A stretch of DNA of 16,005 nucleotides from an uncultured Thermococci archaeon (GTDB lineage: Archaea > Methanobacteriota_B > Thermococci > Thermococcales > Thermococcaceae). Each line of letters begins with the position of its first letter. The first letter of the stretch is position 1. The translations under genes were made by a program, and so were the position numbers. Of the stretch, positions 1 through 11,927 are shown piece by piece. Below the pieces are notes generated by a model. The model was not told the DNA's origin. It was given only the letters and a program-made list of their open reading frames with translations, and searched no databases. The DNA lies in contig CAZTOS010000053.1 in NCBI GenBank assembly GCA_964615185.1, forward strand, positions 1 through 16,005. Direction: 5' to 3'.

Positions 1-1064
1 ACGCCCCTATTCTTTGCAAATATCACATAGTTCCTCCCAACAACTAAGGCAATTGTGTTTGGATTCTTATCTACCAAATAGATCACAAAAGCTTGGGCAT
101 CTTTCATATCAAGCTCCTCAACCGTGCTAACGATTTTAATTCCCTTAACTTCTTCAGCTTCATTGAGCAAAGCTTTAACTTTCCACTCCCACAGCTCTAG
201 TCTTAAAGCCTTCTTCTCATCTTCAAGCTTCGCAATCTCGCTTTTAAGTTCCCTAACCCTCTCAAATAGGGGCCTGTTCTTATTTGGCATCTCATCTAAG
301 CTTCTCCAGTAATCCTCCAAAAGCTCATCTAAATACCTTAAAGCTCTATTCCCACAGACAAACTCAATGCGCCAAATGTTTTTGCTCTTCTTGTAGAAGT
401 TCACAACTTTAATAAATCCAATTTCTCCCGTGCTTTTTACATGGGTCCCTCCACAAGGGATTACATCAACACCGGGAATCCTAACAATCCTTATTGGAGG
501 CTTGACCTTATCAGAAAGGTCTTTTCGGAGCTGATTTCTTAAATCCTCTGGCAGTTCATTGTAAAACTCAATTTCAACGGGCAAATCTCTGCGGACGATT
601 TCATTAGCCTTAATCTCAGCCTTTAAAATATGTTCCCAAGTCAGCTTTCCATCAAAATCAATCTCAATCTTGTTGTAGTTTTCAAAAATCTGGAAGCCCG
701 TCGTGTTGCTGTCATACAAATCTTTTAGAACTGCTGAGAGAATGTGCTGACCCGTATGCTGCTTCATGTTTTCATATCTCCACTCCCAGTCAAGCTTAAG
801 CTCAACTTCTTCTCCAGCCTTCGGTTCCCTGCCTTTTAAAGTTCCCTCGTGCCAGATATCATCTTTACCGTAAATGTTCTCCACTTTAATTTCAAATCTA
901 TCTCCCCTGATAATCCCTCTATCGCTTGGCTGACCACCACCTTCAGGATAGAAAATTGTCCTATCAAGATTGAGCTTGACTCTATTTCCCTTAATTTCAA
1001 GACCCTCAATTTTCGCCTTTGCTTCTTTGAGATAGGCATCCTCATAAAAGAGCTTAATCGTCAT
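1..1064 (-). CDS. alaX: Alanyl-tRNA editing protein, AlaX-L-like (Zn-dependent tRNA(Ala) deacylase with C-terminal extension); 3' end runs off the window
   Basis: Manual translation from ATG at 1064 (RBS GGTGA at 1069-1073): MTIKLFYEDAYLKEAKAKI...DRTIFYPEGGGQPSDRG...MKQHTGQHILS...VIPCGGTHVKSTGEIGFIK...RIEFVCG. It has the HxxxH and CxxxH Zn motifs of the AlaRS/ThrRS editing domain and is open to the window edge (>350 aa). Confidence 0.9.
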   Translation of the reverse strand, partial: MTIKLFYEDAYLKEAKAKIEGLEIKGNRVKLNLDRTIFYPEGGGQPSDRGIIRGDRFEIKVENIYGKDDIWHEGTLKGREPKAGEEVELKLDWEWRYENMKQHTGQHILSAVLKDLYDSNTTGFQIFENYNKIEIDFDGKLTWEHILKAEIKANEIVRRDLPVEIEFYNELPEDLRNQLRKDLSDKVKPPIRIVRIPGVDVIPCGGTHVKSTGEIGFIKVVNFYKKSKNIWRIEFVCGNRALRYLDELLEDYWRSLDEMPNKNRPLFERVRELKSEIAKLEDEKKALRLELWEWKVKALLNEAEEVKGIKIVSTVEELDMKDAQAFVIYLVDKNPNTIALVVGRNYVIFAKNRG

Positions 1065-1078
1065 GGACTCACCTAACA

Positions 1079-1090
1079 GAAAATAGAAAA
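1079..1090 (-). terminator. Putative oligo-T terminator of the atp operon
   Basis: Minus strand TTTTCTATTTTC about 33 nt after the atpD stop. Archaeal intrinsic terminators are T-tracts. Confidence 0.4.
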
Positions 1091-1095
1091 TGGGC

Positions 1096-1110
1096 AATAT
1101 AAAGATGTTG
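1096..1110 (-). promoter_or_regulatory. Putative TATA box for alaX
   Basis: Minus strand CAACATC-TTTATATT, about 32 nt upstream of the alaX ATG. The BRE match is weak. Confidence 0.45.
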
Positions 1111-1122
1111 TCAATGTAAAGC

Positions 1123-1770
1123 TTACTCAGCCTCAGCTCTTGCTTCAAGAATTGCTTTAACCCTTTTGAGCCTGAAGAAGTTCTCCCTCTCCATTTCATC
1201 CAGATGTTGACTGATAAACTTTACAGTAGCTTGCATTCTTGGAATTATTATGTATTCAAGGGCATTTACTCTCCTCTTTGTCTTTTCAATTTCCTTTGCT
1301 AATCTTTTGAGAGTCTCTTCAACTTCAGCTAAGCGAACCGCTAACTCCAAAACCTCCTCAAACTTTTCCGCTGCCAAATCAACCCTTGGAGAGCTTGCAA
1401 CAAACGTATAACCCCTCTCATCTGGCTTTCTCTTGAAGGATTCTGCCTCAATTAGCGGCACTGAAACTCCCATGATGTTTCTCTTTCTTATTTCAACTTC
1501 CTTGTTTGGCTTAACACCGAGGGCAATTTCCTTAAGTCTCAACAGTCCAACATCAATCTCAGCCAAACGTAAGGTTTCAAAAGCTTCTGCCATTTTTTGA
1601 TTAAGCTCTCTCCTCAAGTTCAACGCTTCATCATAAATTGTGAAAAACTCCATAATTAAAGCGTCTTGCTTTTCCTTGAGGAGCTTATGTCCCTTCTCTG
1701 CAAGCTTAATGCGTCTTTTTAGTTTGAGCAACTCCATACGGGTTGGTTTGACTTTGAGCATCTCTGGCAT
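1123..1770 (-). CDS. atpD: A/V-type ATP synthase subunit D
   Basis: 215 aa; [31 protein letters not shown] and [17 protein letters not shown] signatures; RBS GAGGTG; last gene of the operon. Confidence 0.97.
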   Translation of the reverse strand: MPEMLKVKPTRMELLKLKRRIKLAEKGHKLLKEKQDALIMEFFTIYDEALNLRRELNQKMAEAFETLRLAEIDVGLLRLKEIALGVKPNKEVEIRKRNIMGVSVPLIEAESFKRKPDERGYTFVASSPRVDLAAEKFEEVLELAVRLAEVEETLKRLAKEIEKTKRRVNALEYIIIPRMQATVKFISQHLDEMERENFFRLKRVKAILEARAEAE

Positions 1771-1796
1771 CTCAGTTCACCTCAGAAATAATGGAA

Positions 1797-3185
1797 TCAA
1801 GAGGAGCGCCTATATTTTGGATGATACTTCTTGATGTACTTTGGCTCAATTCTCTTAAGCTCGCTCTCTGGAAGCATTGCAAGTAATTCCCAACCAAGGT
1901 CAAGTGTTTCTTCAATGCTTCTGTCCTCATCATATGCCTGAGCAACGAATTCTCTCTCAAACCTGTCAGCAAAGGCTAGGTACTTTCTATCAACCTCTGA
2001 CAATGCCTCTTCACCGACGACAGCGACTAAATCTCTTAAGCTCCTACCTTCAGCGTAAGCTGCATATAGCTGCTGGCTCAATTGTGGATGGTCTTCTCTT
2101 GTTCTTCCCTTACCGATACCGTCTTTCATCAATCTGCTCAATGATGGCAGAACGTCAATTGGTGGGTAGATGCCCTTTCTGTGCAGGTCTCTGCTGAGAA
2201 CTATCTGACCCTCTGTAATGTAACCTGTCAGGTCTGGGATTGGGTGTGTAATGTCGTCGTCGGGCATTGTGAGAATTGGCATCTGGGTAATGCTTCCCTT
2301 CTTTCCTCTAACTCTTCCAGCTCTCTCGTAAATTGTTGCCAAGTCTGTGTAGAGGTAACCGGGATAACCTCTTCTTCCTGGAACCTCTTCTCTTGCTGCT
2401 GAAATTTCTCTCAAAGCCTCACAGTAGTTTGTCATGTCCGTAAGAATGACTAAAACCTGCATGTCATAATCGTAGGCTAAGTACTCGGCAACTGTAAGAG
2501 CCATTCTTGGGGTAATAATTCTCTCGATAGCTGGGTCATCTGCAAGATTAAGGAAGAGCACAGCCCTCTCAATTGCACCAGTTTCTTCAAAGCTCTTTTT
2601 GAAGAAGTTAGCTTCTTCATATGTGATACCCATAGCTGCAAAAACTACAGCGAACTGCTCTTCTTCGCCTAAAACCTTAGCTTGTCTTGCAATTTGGGCA
2701 GCTAACTGGTTGTGGGGTAAACCTGAACCACTGAAGATTGGCAGCTTTTGACCTCTAACGAGTGTGTTCATTCCATCGATGGCAGAAACACCAGTCTGAA
2801 TGAAGTCTCTTGGGTAAGCTCTCGCGACTGGATTGAGTGGAGCACCGTGGACATCTCTCCTCTCCTCCGGAATTATCTCCGGACCTCCATCAATTGGCTT
2901 ACCAATACCGCTGAATACCCTTCCAAGCATGTCCATGCTCACTGGGACTTTCAGTGTTTCACCAGTGAACCTTACGCGAGTTGTCTTAACGTCCAAATCC
3001 CTTGTTCCCTCGAAAACCTGAACGATTGCCATGTCTTCCTTTGCTTCCAGCACTTGACCTTTTCTCTTTTCCCCGCTCTCCGTCTCTATCTCAACGACTT
3101 CACCGTAAGCTACTCCTTTAACTCCCTGAACAATCATGAGAGGACCGTAAATCTTGCTAATTGTTGAGTATTCTTTTCCCGGCAT
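1797..3185 (-). CDS. atpB: A/V-type ATP synthase subunit B
   Basis: [39 protein letters not shown] and [15 protein letters not shown] motifs. Start placed at ATG 3185 (MPGKEY) behind GGAGCGTGA rather than the ORF-track GTG at 3194. Confidence 0.97.
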   Translation of the reverse strand: MPGKEYSTISKIYGPLMIVQGVKGVAYGEVVEIETESGEKRKGQVLEAKEDMAIVQVFEGTRDLDVKTTRVRFTGETLKVPVSMDMLGRVFSGIGKPIDGGPEIIPEERRDVHGAPLNPVARAYPRDFIQTGVSAIDGMNTLVRGQKLPIFSGSGLPHNQLAAQIARQAKVLGEEEQFAVVFAAMGITYEEANFFKKSFEETGAIERAVLFLNLADDPAIERIITPRMALTVAEYLAYDYDMQVLVILTDMTNYCEALREISAAREEVPGRRGYPGYLYTDLATIYERAGRVRGKKGSITQMPILTMPDDDITHPIPDLTGYITEGQIVLSRDLHRKGIYPPIDVLPSLSRLMKDGIGKGRTREDHPQLSQQLYAAYAEGRSLRDLVAVVGEEALSEVDRKYLAFADRFEREFVAQAYDEDRSIEETLDLGWELLAMLPESELKRIEPKYIKKYHPKYRRSS

Positions 3186-3190
3186 TTTAA

Positions 3191-6100
3191 TCACGCTCCA
3201 TACTTCTTAAAGAGTTCTTCAAACTGCTCTTTGGTCTCATCTATAAGCTTGGCAATCTCATCAACGTTAGGCTCAAACTTCATTCTACCAATTTTCTCTC
3301 TTACTGGGAGCTTTGCAATCTCTTCAACCGGTACTCCCCTGTCAATTGCCTGCATGGTGTAGTTGTAGAAGTTGAGTAAAACGCGCATCATTGTAACCTG
3401 CTTCTTTGGTGGACAGTAAGTGTCAACCTCATGGAATGCATCTTGCTGGAGATAGTCTTCTCTGATCATTCTTGTGACCAAGAGGACAGCTCTCTCTCTA
3501 TCTGGTAGGGCATCCGGACCGACAATTCTGACGATTTCCTGGAGTTCAGCCTCCTTCTGAAGGAGCTTCATTGCAGTGTCCCTCATCTCTTTCCACTCTG
3601 GATCAACGTTTTGATGCCACCAATCTTTGACTGCATCAACATAAAGTGAATAGCTCATCAGCCAGTTGATTGCTGGGAAGTGCCTTCTTCTTGCTAAGTC
3701 AGCATCTAATGCCCAGAAGACCTTTACAACTCTCAATGTATTCTGAACGACAGGCTCTGAGAAGTCACCACCGGGTGGTGAAACAGCTCCAATAACTGAA
3801 ACGCTTCCAACTCTGTAGTCGCTTCCCAGTGTGGCAACTCTTCCAGCTCTCTCATAGAACTCAGCAATTTTTGAAGCTAAATATGCTGGATAACCCTCCT
3901 CACCGGGCATCTCCTCTAAACGACCGGAAATCTCTCTCAAAGCCTCAGCCCATCTTGAGGTTGAGTCTGCCATCAAAGCCACATCATATCCCATATCTCT
4001 GAAGTACTCGGCAATTGTGATTCCAGTGTAAATTGAAGCCTCTCTGGCTGCGACAGGCATGTTTGAGGTATTTGCAATTAAAACCGTTCTCTCCATTAAT
4101 GGTTTTCCACTTCTTGGGTCTTTGAGCTTTGGAAACTCCTCAAGAACATCTGTCATCTCGTTACCTCTCTCACCACAGCCAATGTAAACTACAACCTGAG
4201 CGTCACTCCATTTTGCTAACTGGTGCTGTGTAACGGTGTTGTGAAGTAGCGTTGGTAAGTTTCCTCCGATGAAGTTATGGGTCTCAGTTGTTATGTCGTA
4301 GACCTCTTGGGACTCATTTATGTAATTGACTTCAATGACTTCATCGAAGAGTATGTGAGCCAAGTGATTCTCGGCTATCTCCTCAATTCCCATGAACTTC
4401 GCAAGCTTCCTGAAGGTTTCATAGCTCATATTCTCTCCACTTAGGTAGTTGTGTATTTCAATTCCGGCTTCCTTAAGCTCTGCATATGGCCTTCCGAGCT
4501 CTACATATATGTCCTCAATATCTATTGGAATCACATCTATGCTCGTGTATCCCTTTGTTTTCCTTCCGATTCCAAGCTTCTCAAGGTTGACCTTTCCGCT
4601 AATGATGACCCTATAATACTTGGAACCCTTAATCATCTTTTCCCTAATCATTGCATATATGCCAAGCTTTGCGAAGAGGTAAGTTAATCCGTAAGCTCCA
4701 TCCTCCGAGGCTGTAACTATTTCAATCTCTCCCTTTCTCTCGTTGTAGTAGCCATCACAAGCTATGTAAGCATTGAGGAAGGCTTTAACTACGCTTGGCT
4801 TTGCCAGCAGTAGTCCCTTCGGAACCTTCCAGCTTCTAGCCTTCTTCCTTCTGGGAACGCCAAGTTTTTCGAAGAACTCCACAAGAGGTCTGCTGTAGAT
4901 GTGAAGGGCCTTAACAGACCTTTCCTGAACTATCTTTCCTTCAACTCCAAAGAGTTCTTTAGCAAGTTTCTTAGCCCTCTCAAGAAGGGAAACATCATTG
5001 TTGTATATAGCTACCGTTCTAGGCTTGAGCATACCATCGGCCATTAGATAGCCTAAGAACTCCGCCAACTTCTCATCAAGAACTTCAGGGATTTTGACTT
5101 TCTTAGCCTTCTTTTGGCTTACGGCAATTTTTAACTTTACATCCTCCCCGCCATCTATCTTCTTTGCAACCACTATCCTGTCTCCTGGTCTAATGTGCAT
5201 CGCCATAACTTCCTCAAGAACGAGACCATCCTTAGTTACTCTTCCAGTGAACAGCTTGTGAATTGGTGTTACCTTAACCTTTCTACCCGTTCTTGTCCTT
5301 ATTTCGACCATTCCTCTGGAATGGCCTTTATAAACATGAGTGGCCTTTATCTCTACAATCTTTCCATCCTTGTACCCATAAACAATTATTGGCTCCTTAA
5401 GCTCGGTCCATTCTTCATCCTCCCTTACAACTTTCTTACCCTTTCCCTCAAGTTTCTCGTAAAGCTCCTTGATCTTTATCAGCCCAAACTCCTTCGTAAG
5501 AACTAATGTATCTCCATCAACGCATTTTCCACTCCCGAAGGGTCCGGGAATTGCCGCAGTTCCACCCTTAGCTTGTGGGAAGAATGTGTCGATTGTCCTC
5601 TGACCAGTAATGAGTGGAACCTCCGGAGGAAGCTTTTCTTTGTAGGGTCTCTTCTTTCTGACAGGCCACTTCTGATACATTTTTAATTCTTTAATCTCGC
5701 CGCTTGGCGTCTTAACTTTCGCAATGACTTCTTCAATCATATACTCTCCTTCTTCAGCAATCTCAACGACTTCTCCTTCAATTCCTGGGGGAACCATTAT
5801 CTTATGAACAATCAAGCTTGTCTCTGGTACTTCACCTATTATATCCCCCCCAACGACCTTATCGCCAACCTTAACAGTTGGTGTGAAGTGCCACTTTTTG
5901 TCTCTTGGCAAAGCTGGAGCTGTTAGACCTCTTGCAATGAAATCACCACTCTTTTTCCTAAGGATTTCAAGAGGTCTTTGAATACCGTCATAAATTGAAG
6001 TCAGCAAACCAGGACCGAGTTCAACACTAAGCGAAGTCCCTGTTCCAATAACCGGTTCTCCAGGTTTAAGGCCTGCAGTTTCTTCATAAACTTGGATAAC

Positions 6101-6235
6101 AGCCTTATCTCCCTCCAAACGGATAATTTCCCCTATCAAACCAAGTTCGCCAACCCTAACGACCTCATACATCCTTGCTCCTCTCATCTCATCAGCAACA
6201 ACCAGAGGTCCAGTAACTCTAATTACCTTTCCCAT
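3191..6235 (-). CDS. atpA: A/V-type ATP synthase catalytic subunit A, intein-containing precursor (1014 aa; 585 aa after splicing)
   Basis: [12 protein letters not shown] start; Walker A GPFGSGK...T interrupted by a 429-aa insert; [21 protein letters not shown] and [11 protein letters not shown] motifs. Confidence 0.98.
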   Translation of the reverse strand: MGKVIRVTGPLVVADEMRGARMYEVVRVGELGLIGEIIRLEGDKAVIQVYEETAGLKPGEPVIGTGTSLSVELGPGLLTSIYDGIQRPLEILRKKSGDFIARGLTAPALPRDKKWHFTPTVKVGDKVVGGDIIGEVPETSLIVHKIMVPPGIEGEVVEIAEEGEYMIEEVIAKVKTPSGEIKELKMYQKWPVRKKRPYKEKLPPEVPLITGQRTIDTFFPQAKGGTAAIPGPFGSGKCVDGDTLVLTKEFGLIKIKELYEKLEGKGKKVVREDEEWTELKEPIIVYGYKDGKIVEIKATHVYKGHSRGMVEIRTRTGRKVKVTPIHKLFTGRVTKDGLVLEEVMAMHIRPGDRIVVAKKIDGGEDVKLKIAVSQKKAKKVKIPEVLDEKLAEFLGYLMADGMLKPRTVAIYNNDVSLLERAKKLAKELFGVEGKIVQERSVKALHIYSRPLVEFFEKLGVPRRKKARSWKVPKGLLLAKPSVVKAFLNAYIACDGYYNERKGEIEIVTASEDGAYGLTYLFAKLGIYAMIREKMIKGSKYYRVIISGKVNLEKLGIGRKTKGYTSIDVIPIDIEDIYVELGRPYAELKEAGIEIHNYLSGENMSYETFRKLAKFMGIEEIAENHLAHILFDEVIEVNYINESQEVYDITTETHNFIGGNLPTLLHNTVTQHQLAKWSDAQVVVYIGCGERGNEMTDVLEEFPKLKDPRSGKPLMERTVLIANTSNMPVAAREASIYTGITIAEYFRDMGYDVALMADSTSRWAEALREISGRLEEMPGEEGYPAYLASKIAEFYERAGRVATLGSDYRVGSVSVIGAVSPPGGDFSEPVVQNTLRVVKVFWALDADLARRRHFPAINWLMSYSLYVDAVKDWWHQNVDPEWKEMRDTAMKLLQKEAELQEIVRIVGPDALPDRERAVLLVTRMIREDYLQQDAFHEVDTYCPPKKQVTMMRVLLNFYNYTMQAIDRGVPVEEIAKLPVREKIGRMKFEPNVDEIAKLIDETKEQFEELFKKYGA
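4238..5524 (-). mobile_element. VMA-type intein with LAGLIDADG homing endonuclease (residues 238-666 of AtpA, 429 aa)
   Basis: Block A C1-VDGDT; block B TPIH; LAGLIDADG-like motifs [12 protein letters not shown] (5033-5068) and [10 protein letters not shown] (4751-4780); block [12 protein letters not shown]; block G LHN followed by +1 Thr. Removal restores GPFGSGKTVTQHQ. Confidence 0.97.
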
Positions 6236-6241
6236 TTTTTT

Positions 6242-6550
6242 TCACCTCTTTAATTCAACACCAATTGCCTTTCTTACAATTTCCCTCAACTGTTCTTCAC
6301 CAAAGATTGAACCAAATTTATCAGGAATTTGAAGGATGATTGGAAAAGTGACGTCAGGTACTTCAATTCTCTGGGCCAAACGTTCAGTAATCAATATTAT
6401 GCCCACATCCTCCCTTTCTATGAGCTCCTTTAACTTATTTTTTGCTCGTTTGTTTTCAAGTGAGGTTTCTTCAAAGGAATAAACTTCATGAACTCCAGCA
6501 AGTTTAAATCCTAAGGCAGTGTCCCTATCACCCATTAAAACTATCTTCAT
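6242..6550 (-). CDS. atpF: A/V-type ATP synthase subunit F
   Basis: 102 aa; [20 protein letters not shown] ... DVGIILITE ... VRKAIGVE; lies between C and A. Confidence 0.96.
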   Translation of the reverse strand: MKIVLMGDRDTALGFKLAGVHEVYSFEETSLENKRAKNKLKELIEREDVGIILITERLAQRIEVPDVTFPIILQIPDKFGSIFGEEQLREIVRKAIGVELKR

Positions 6551-7659
6551 GGCAATTCACCCACAATAGCTTTTATGCTCTCTGGCTTTATTTTGTCTTC
6601 AATGAGCTTTGCTATTGCCTTAAGCTTTCTTATTTCGCTTTCTTTCTCGAGGATGTAATTTAATGGAATTGCAACACTCAACGGGTAAAATCTTGTTAAT
6701 TCGCTGATTTTCCTCTTTATGTACCTCTCAAATGCTTTGTTAAATGCATCTAAATCGCCACCCTCAAGACCTTCCCTAACCTCTCTGAGAACTTCACTGT
6801 ATTTAGTTGAATCAAGCTCAGCCAGTGCCATGCTGAGGTCTTCAACATGCATTAAAGTATCAAGGATTCTCTGGTTTAAGCTTCCCCCGGGAATTAATGA
6901 GGATTTAATCTTATCAGCGCCAAGACCATAGAGCTTTGCCCTTAAAATTGTCATTAGGTTTATCTTATCTATCTTAAGCTTAACGAATTCTTCAAGAATC
7001 CTTCTCTCTTCATCTTTTCTTGACTGTGCATATCTCAACAATTTTGCATAATGCATTTTATAGAGTTCTGTTTCAAATTCTTCAACGGTGATTTCTTTAA
7101 GAAGAAGTTTCTGATAAACCTCCTCATATTCCGTTCCTTCAAGAATTACGAGTATTTCTTCCATTGTTTTTGCTTCGGCCATTGCCTTAATTCTCTCAAC
7201 CATAGTTCCAAGCTCTGCTATGTAATCCCTCGCAACCCCACCATAAACCTTGGCTTTGACAATTGCAGAGATGTTTCTAATGTCCCATTCTTCAAGGAGG
7301 AGGTTAAAGAAAGGATTTACCCTTTTGGGCAGAATTTTAAACATCAGATGATATGTATCAGCAAGGGCCTCATCAAATGCTCTGTCAATTGTTTCAGCCG
7401 TATATACTGAGAGCTTGCTCAAGTAGGGCTTATACTCACTATCTTCAAGATTCATAACAAACGTGTTAAGATCTTTTGATTCTGCAAGCTCATTAAACCT
7501 TTGCTCCGTAAACAGTCTCGCCTCCATGGCTCTGATTCTTGCATTTGGATAGGAATATGGAGTGTATTTGTAAATAATCGAGCCTGTTTTATAAGCTACC
7601 CATGTAAAAATAACTACCAGAGTGGTGTCCAAGATGCCGGTTATTGTGCTTATTTCCAC
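6547..7659 (-). CDS. atpC: A/V-type ATP synthase subunit C
   Basis: 370 aa, GTG start with [26 protein letters not shown] and EIRKLKAIA motifs; ATGA overlap with atpF. Confidence 0.94.
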   Translation of the reverse strand: MEISTITGILDTTLVVIFTWVAYKTGSIIYKYTPYSYPNARIRAMEARLFTEQRFNELAESKDLNTFVMNLEDSEYKPYLSKLSVYTAETIDRAFDEALADTYHLMFKILPKRVNPFFNLLLEEWDIRNISAIVKAKVYGGVARDYIAELGTMVERIKAMAEAKTMEEILVILEGTEYEEVYQKLLLKEITVEEFETELYKMHYAKLLRYAQSRKDEERRILEEFVKLKIDKINLMTILRAKLYGLGADKIKSSLIPGGSLNQRILDTLMHVEDLSMALAELDSTKYSEVLREVREGLEGGDLDAFNKAFERYIKRKISELTRFYPLSVAIPLNYILEKESEIRKLKAIAKLIEDKIKPESIKAIVGELP

Positions 7660-7665
7660 GTTTCA

Positions 7666-8277
7666 TCACCCAAAGAGCACTTTTGCAATTCTTGACCTAA
7701 GCTCACTTTCCAAACGCTCAATTCTGGCTTCAAAAGTATTATCAACCCTAATAGTCCTATCAGCATTCTCAACCAAAACTCCACCTATGGTTTCAATTTT
7801 GTCTCCGAGTTCAATGCTTACCTCCATGCCTGTATTTTCCTTCAAAAATGCCTTAATCTCGTCAATTTTTTCAGCTACCAGTTGAAGAGTTGTTTCATTT
7901 GAACTAACCCTGATCTTTTCTTCCCCAAGTTCTCTAACGGCCTGAAGCATTAAATCCATTATGACCTTAAAGTACTCATCCTTCGAAAGAGCTGCTAACC
8001 TCTCTTTAAGGCTTCTAAGAACCTCACTTATAAGCTCTTCCTGGAGAGCCAGTCTCTTTTTCCTGATCTCCAGTTTAGCGTTGGCTATAATCCTCTGCTT
8101 TTCTATTTCAGCTTGTGTTTGTGCTTTTCTTATAATCCACTCTGCCTTAGCCCTGGCCCTCTTTTCTGCTTTTGCTTTAATTTCATCAGCTTGCTTCTCC
8201 GCTTCGCTTAGGATATACCTTATCTTCTGCTCTGCCTCTCTGTTAATTTCCTCGATGATTAGCTTTGCTCCTTCCAT
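7666..8277 (-). CDS. atpE: A/V-type ATP synthase subunit E
   Basis: 203 aa; N-terminal coiled coil and C-terminal IGGVLVE...IRVDNTFEARIE...IAKVLFG. Confidence 0.96.
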   Translation of the reverse strand: MEGAKLIIEEINREAEQKIRYILSEAEKQADEIKAKAEKRARAKAEWIIRKAQTQAEIEKQRIIANAKLEIRKKRLALQEELISEVLRSLKERLAALSKDEYFKVIMDLMLQAVRELGEEKIRVSSNETTLQLVAEKIDEIKAFLKENTGMEVSIELGDKIETIGGVLVENADRTIRVDNTFEARIERLESELRSRIAKVLFG

Positions 8278-8309
8278 TACTCTGCCTCCCTAAAGGAAAG
8301 TTAAAGGGC

Positions 8310-10795
<2,486 letters not shown>

Positions 10796-10796
10796 T

Positions 10797-11108
10797 TCAG
10801 CCCCCTCTTATGAGTTTTATACCTTCTTCAATAGCTTTTCCAAAATTTTCAGTCGCCCTAACTTTAAGCTCTTCAAGCTCCATCTCTCCTTTTTTAAGGA
10901 GCTTATTTGCCTCAATCTCACCCTCTTTTCTCTTGTTCTCAATAATTACTCTTGCTTGCTCATTAGCTTCAGCGATTATCTTGCTCTCAAGTTCTTTTGC
11001 TTCTTGCCTTGCTTTCTGAACAATAAGTTTTGCTTCTTCTTTTGCTCTTTCAATCCGCTTCTCAGATTCTTTTTCAGCCTCAACGATTTGTTTAATAATT
11101 TCCTCCAT
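10797..11108 (-). CDS. atpH: A-type ATP synthase subunit H (peripheral stalk)
   Basis: 103 aa from ATG 11108 (RBS GGGAG); charged coiled coil MEEIIKQIVEAEKESEKRIERAKEEAK; first gene before atpI. Confidence 0.9.
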   Translation of the reverse strand: MEEIIKQIVEAEKESEKRIERAKEEAKLIVQKARQEAKELESKIIAEANEQARVIIENKRKEGEIEANKLLKKGEMELEELKVRATENFGKAIEEGIKLIRGG

Positions 11109-11166
11109 GAGTATCATCTCCCAGTGATTGATGAAAATGAGGTACATTTTTGGCTACTCTACTTGG

Positions 11167-11182
11167 TTTAAATAGTTTATGC
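11167..11182 (-). promoter_or_regulatory. Putative BRE/TATA promoter of the atp operon
   Basis: Minus strand GCATAAAC-TATTTAAA about 58 nt upstream of the atpH ATG, in the 128-nt trkA-atpH gap. Confidence 0.6.
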
Positions 11183-11205
11183 TCGTAGAATATGACATTA
11201 TGTCG

Positions 11206-11217
11206 AAAAAAGAAAGG
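11206..11217 (-). terminator. Putative oligo-T terminator of secF-secD-trkA
   Basis: Minus strand CCTTTCTTTTTT about 20 nt after the trkA stop. Confidence 0.55.
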
Positions 11218-11236
11218 AGAATTTAAGAATAGAGAG

Positions 11237-11923
11237 TTATTCCTCACTCTTTTTCCTTTCAATAAGAGACTTGATTTCTTTAAGTGCATTATTTTTAGCA
11301 AATATTACAATTTGTCCTTTCTTTGGAAGTTTTGTATCACCAGATGGTATAACTAAATTGCCTTTCTCATCATAAATCGCAACTATGAGGGAATCCTTTG
11401 GAAGACCAAGATCTTTTACAACTTTTTCAGCAACCTCGCTGTTCTCATCAATCTGGAACTGAACAATCTCAGCCCCTTCTTTGGGGAACAGTACTCTATC
11501 AAATCCTGGAGTAACTATACTTCTGAAAATATAATTCGCCGCTATTTCCTCAGGGCTTATAACGAAGTCAAAGTATCTTTTGAGGTCTTCAACTCTCTCA
11601 AAGACCTCTTTATTCTTTGGATTGCTGACCCTTAAGATGGTTGTAACTTTTGGATTCAAGTGCTTTGCTAAAATACATGCAAAGAGATTTGCATCGTCCC
11701 TTCCAGTTAACGCCGCGAAAGCATTGGCCTGTTTTATATTTGCTTCTTCAAGTGTCTTTTGGTCAGTTGCGTCACCTTCAATAACAAGACCATTAATTAA
11801 AAGGGAAAGCTCCTTGGCCCTTTCTTTATTCATTTCAATTATTGTGACGTCATGACCTTCTGCCTCGAGCATTTTTGCAACCAGATAACCAACTCTGCCT
11901 GCACCCATTATTACGACGAACAT
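11237..11923 (-). CDS. trkA: TrkA/KtrA-family RCK-domain K+ transport regulatory protein
   Basis: 228 aa; Rossmann GAGRVG, GDATD, ALTGRDDANL and VISPE motifs, then an RCK_C domain (LPKDSLIVAIY...IPSGDTKL). Confidence 0.92.
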   Translation of the reverse strand: MFVVIMGAGRVGYLVAKMLEAEGHDVTIIEMNKERAKELSLLINGLVIEGDATDQKTLEEANIKQANAFAALTGRDDANLFACILAKHLNPKVTTILRVSNPKNKEVFERVEDLKRYFDFVISPEEIAANYIFRSIVTPGFDRVLFPKEGAEIVQFQIDENSEVAEKVVKDLGLPKDSLIVAIYDEKGNLVIPSGDTKLPKKGQIVIFAKNNALKEIKSLIERKKSEE

Positions 11924-11927
11924 CCAA

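Noticed and set aside
6235..6242. A8 run (minus strand) between the atpF stop/RBS and the atpA start as a phase-variable spacer
   Set aside because: A-rich spacers are common in this AT-rich genome, the gene is essential, and one sequence gives no evidence of length variation.
11112..11129. TATCAT-N6-GTGATT resembling the TGM (TrmBL1/Tgr) operator near the atpH start
   Set aside because: Spacing is 6 rather than 5, there are two mismatches, and it overlaps the RBS; probably coincidental.
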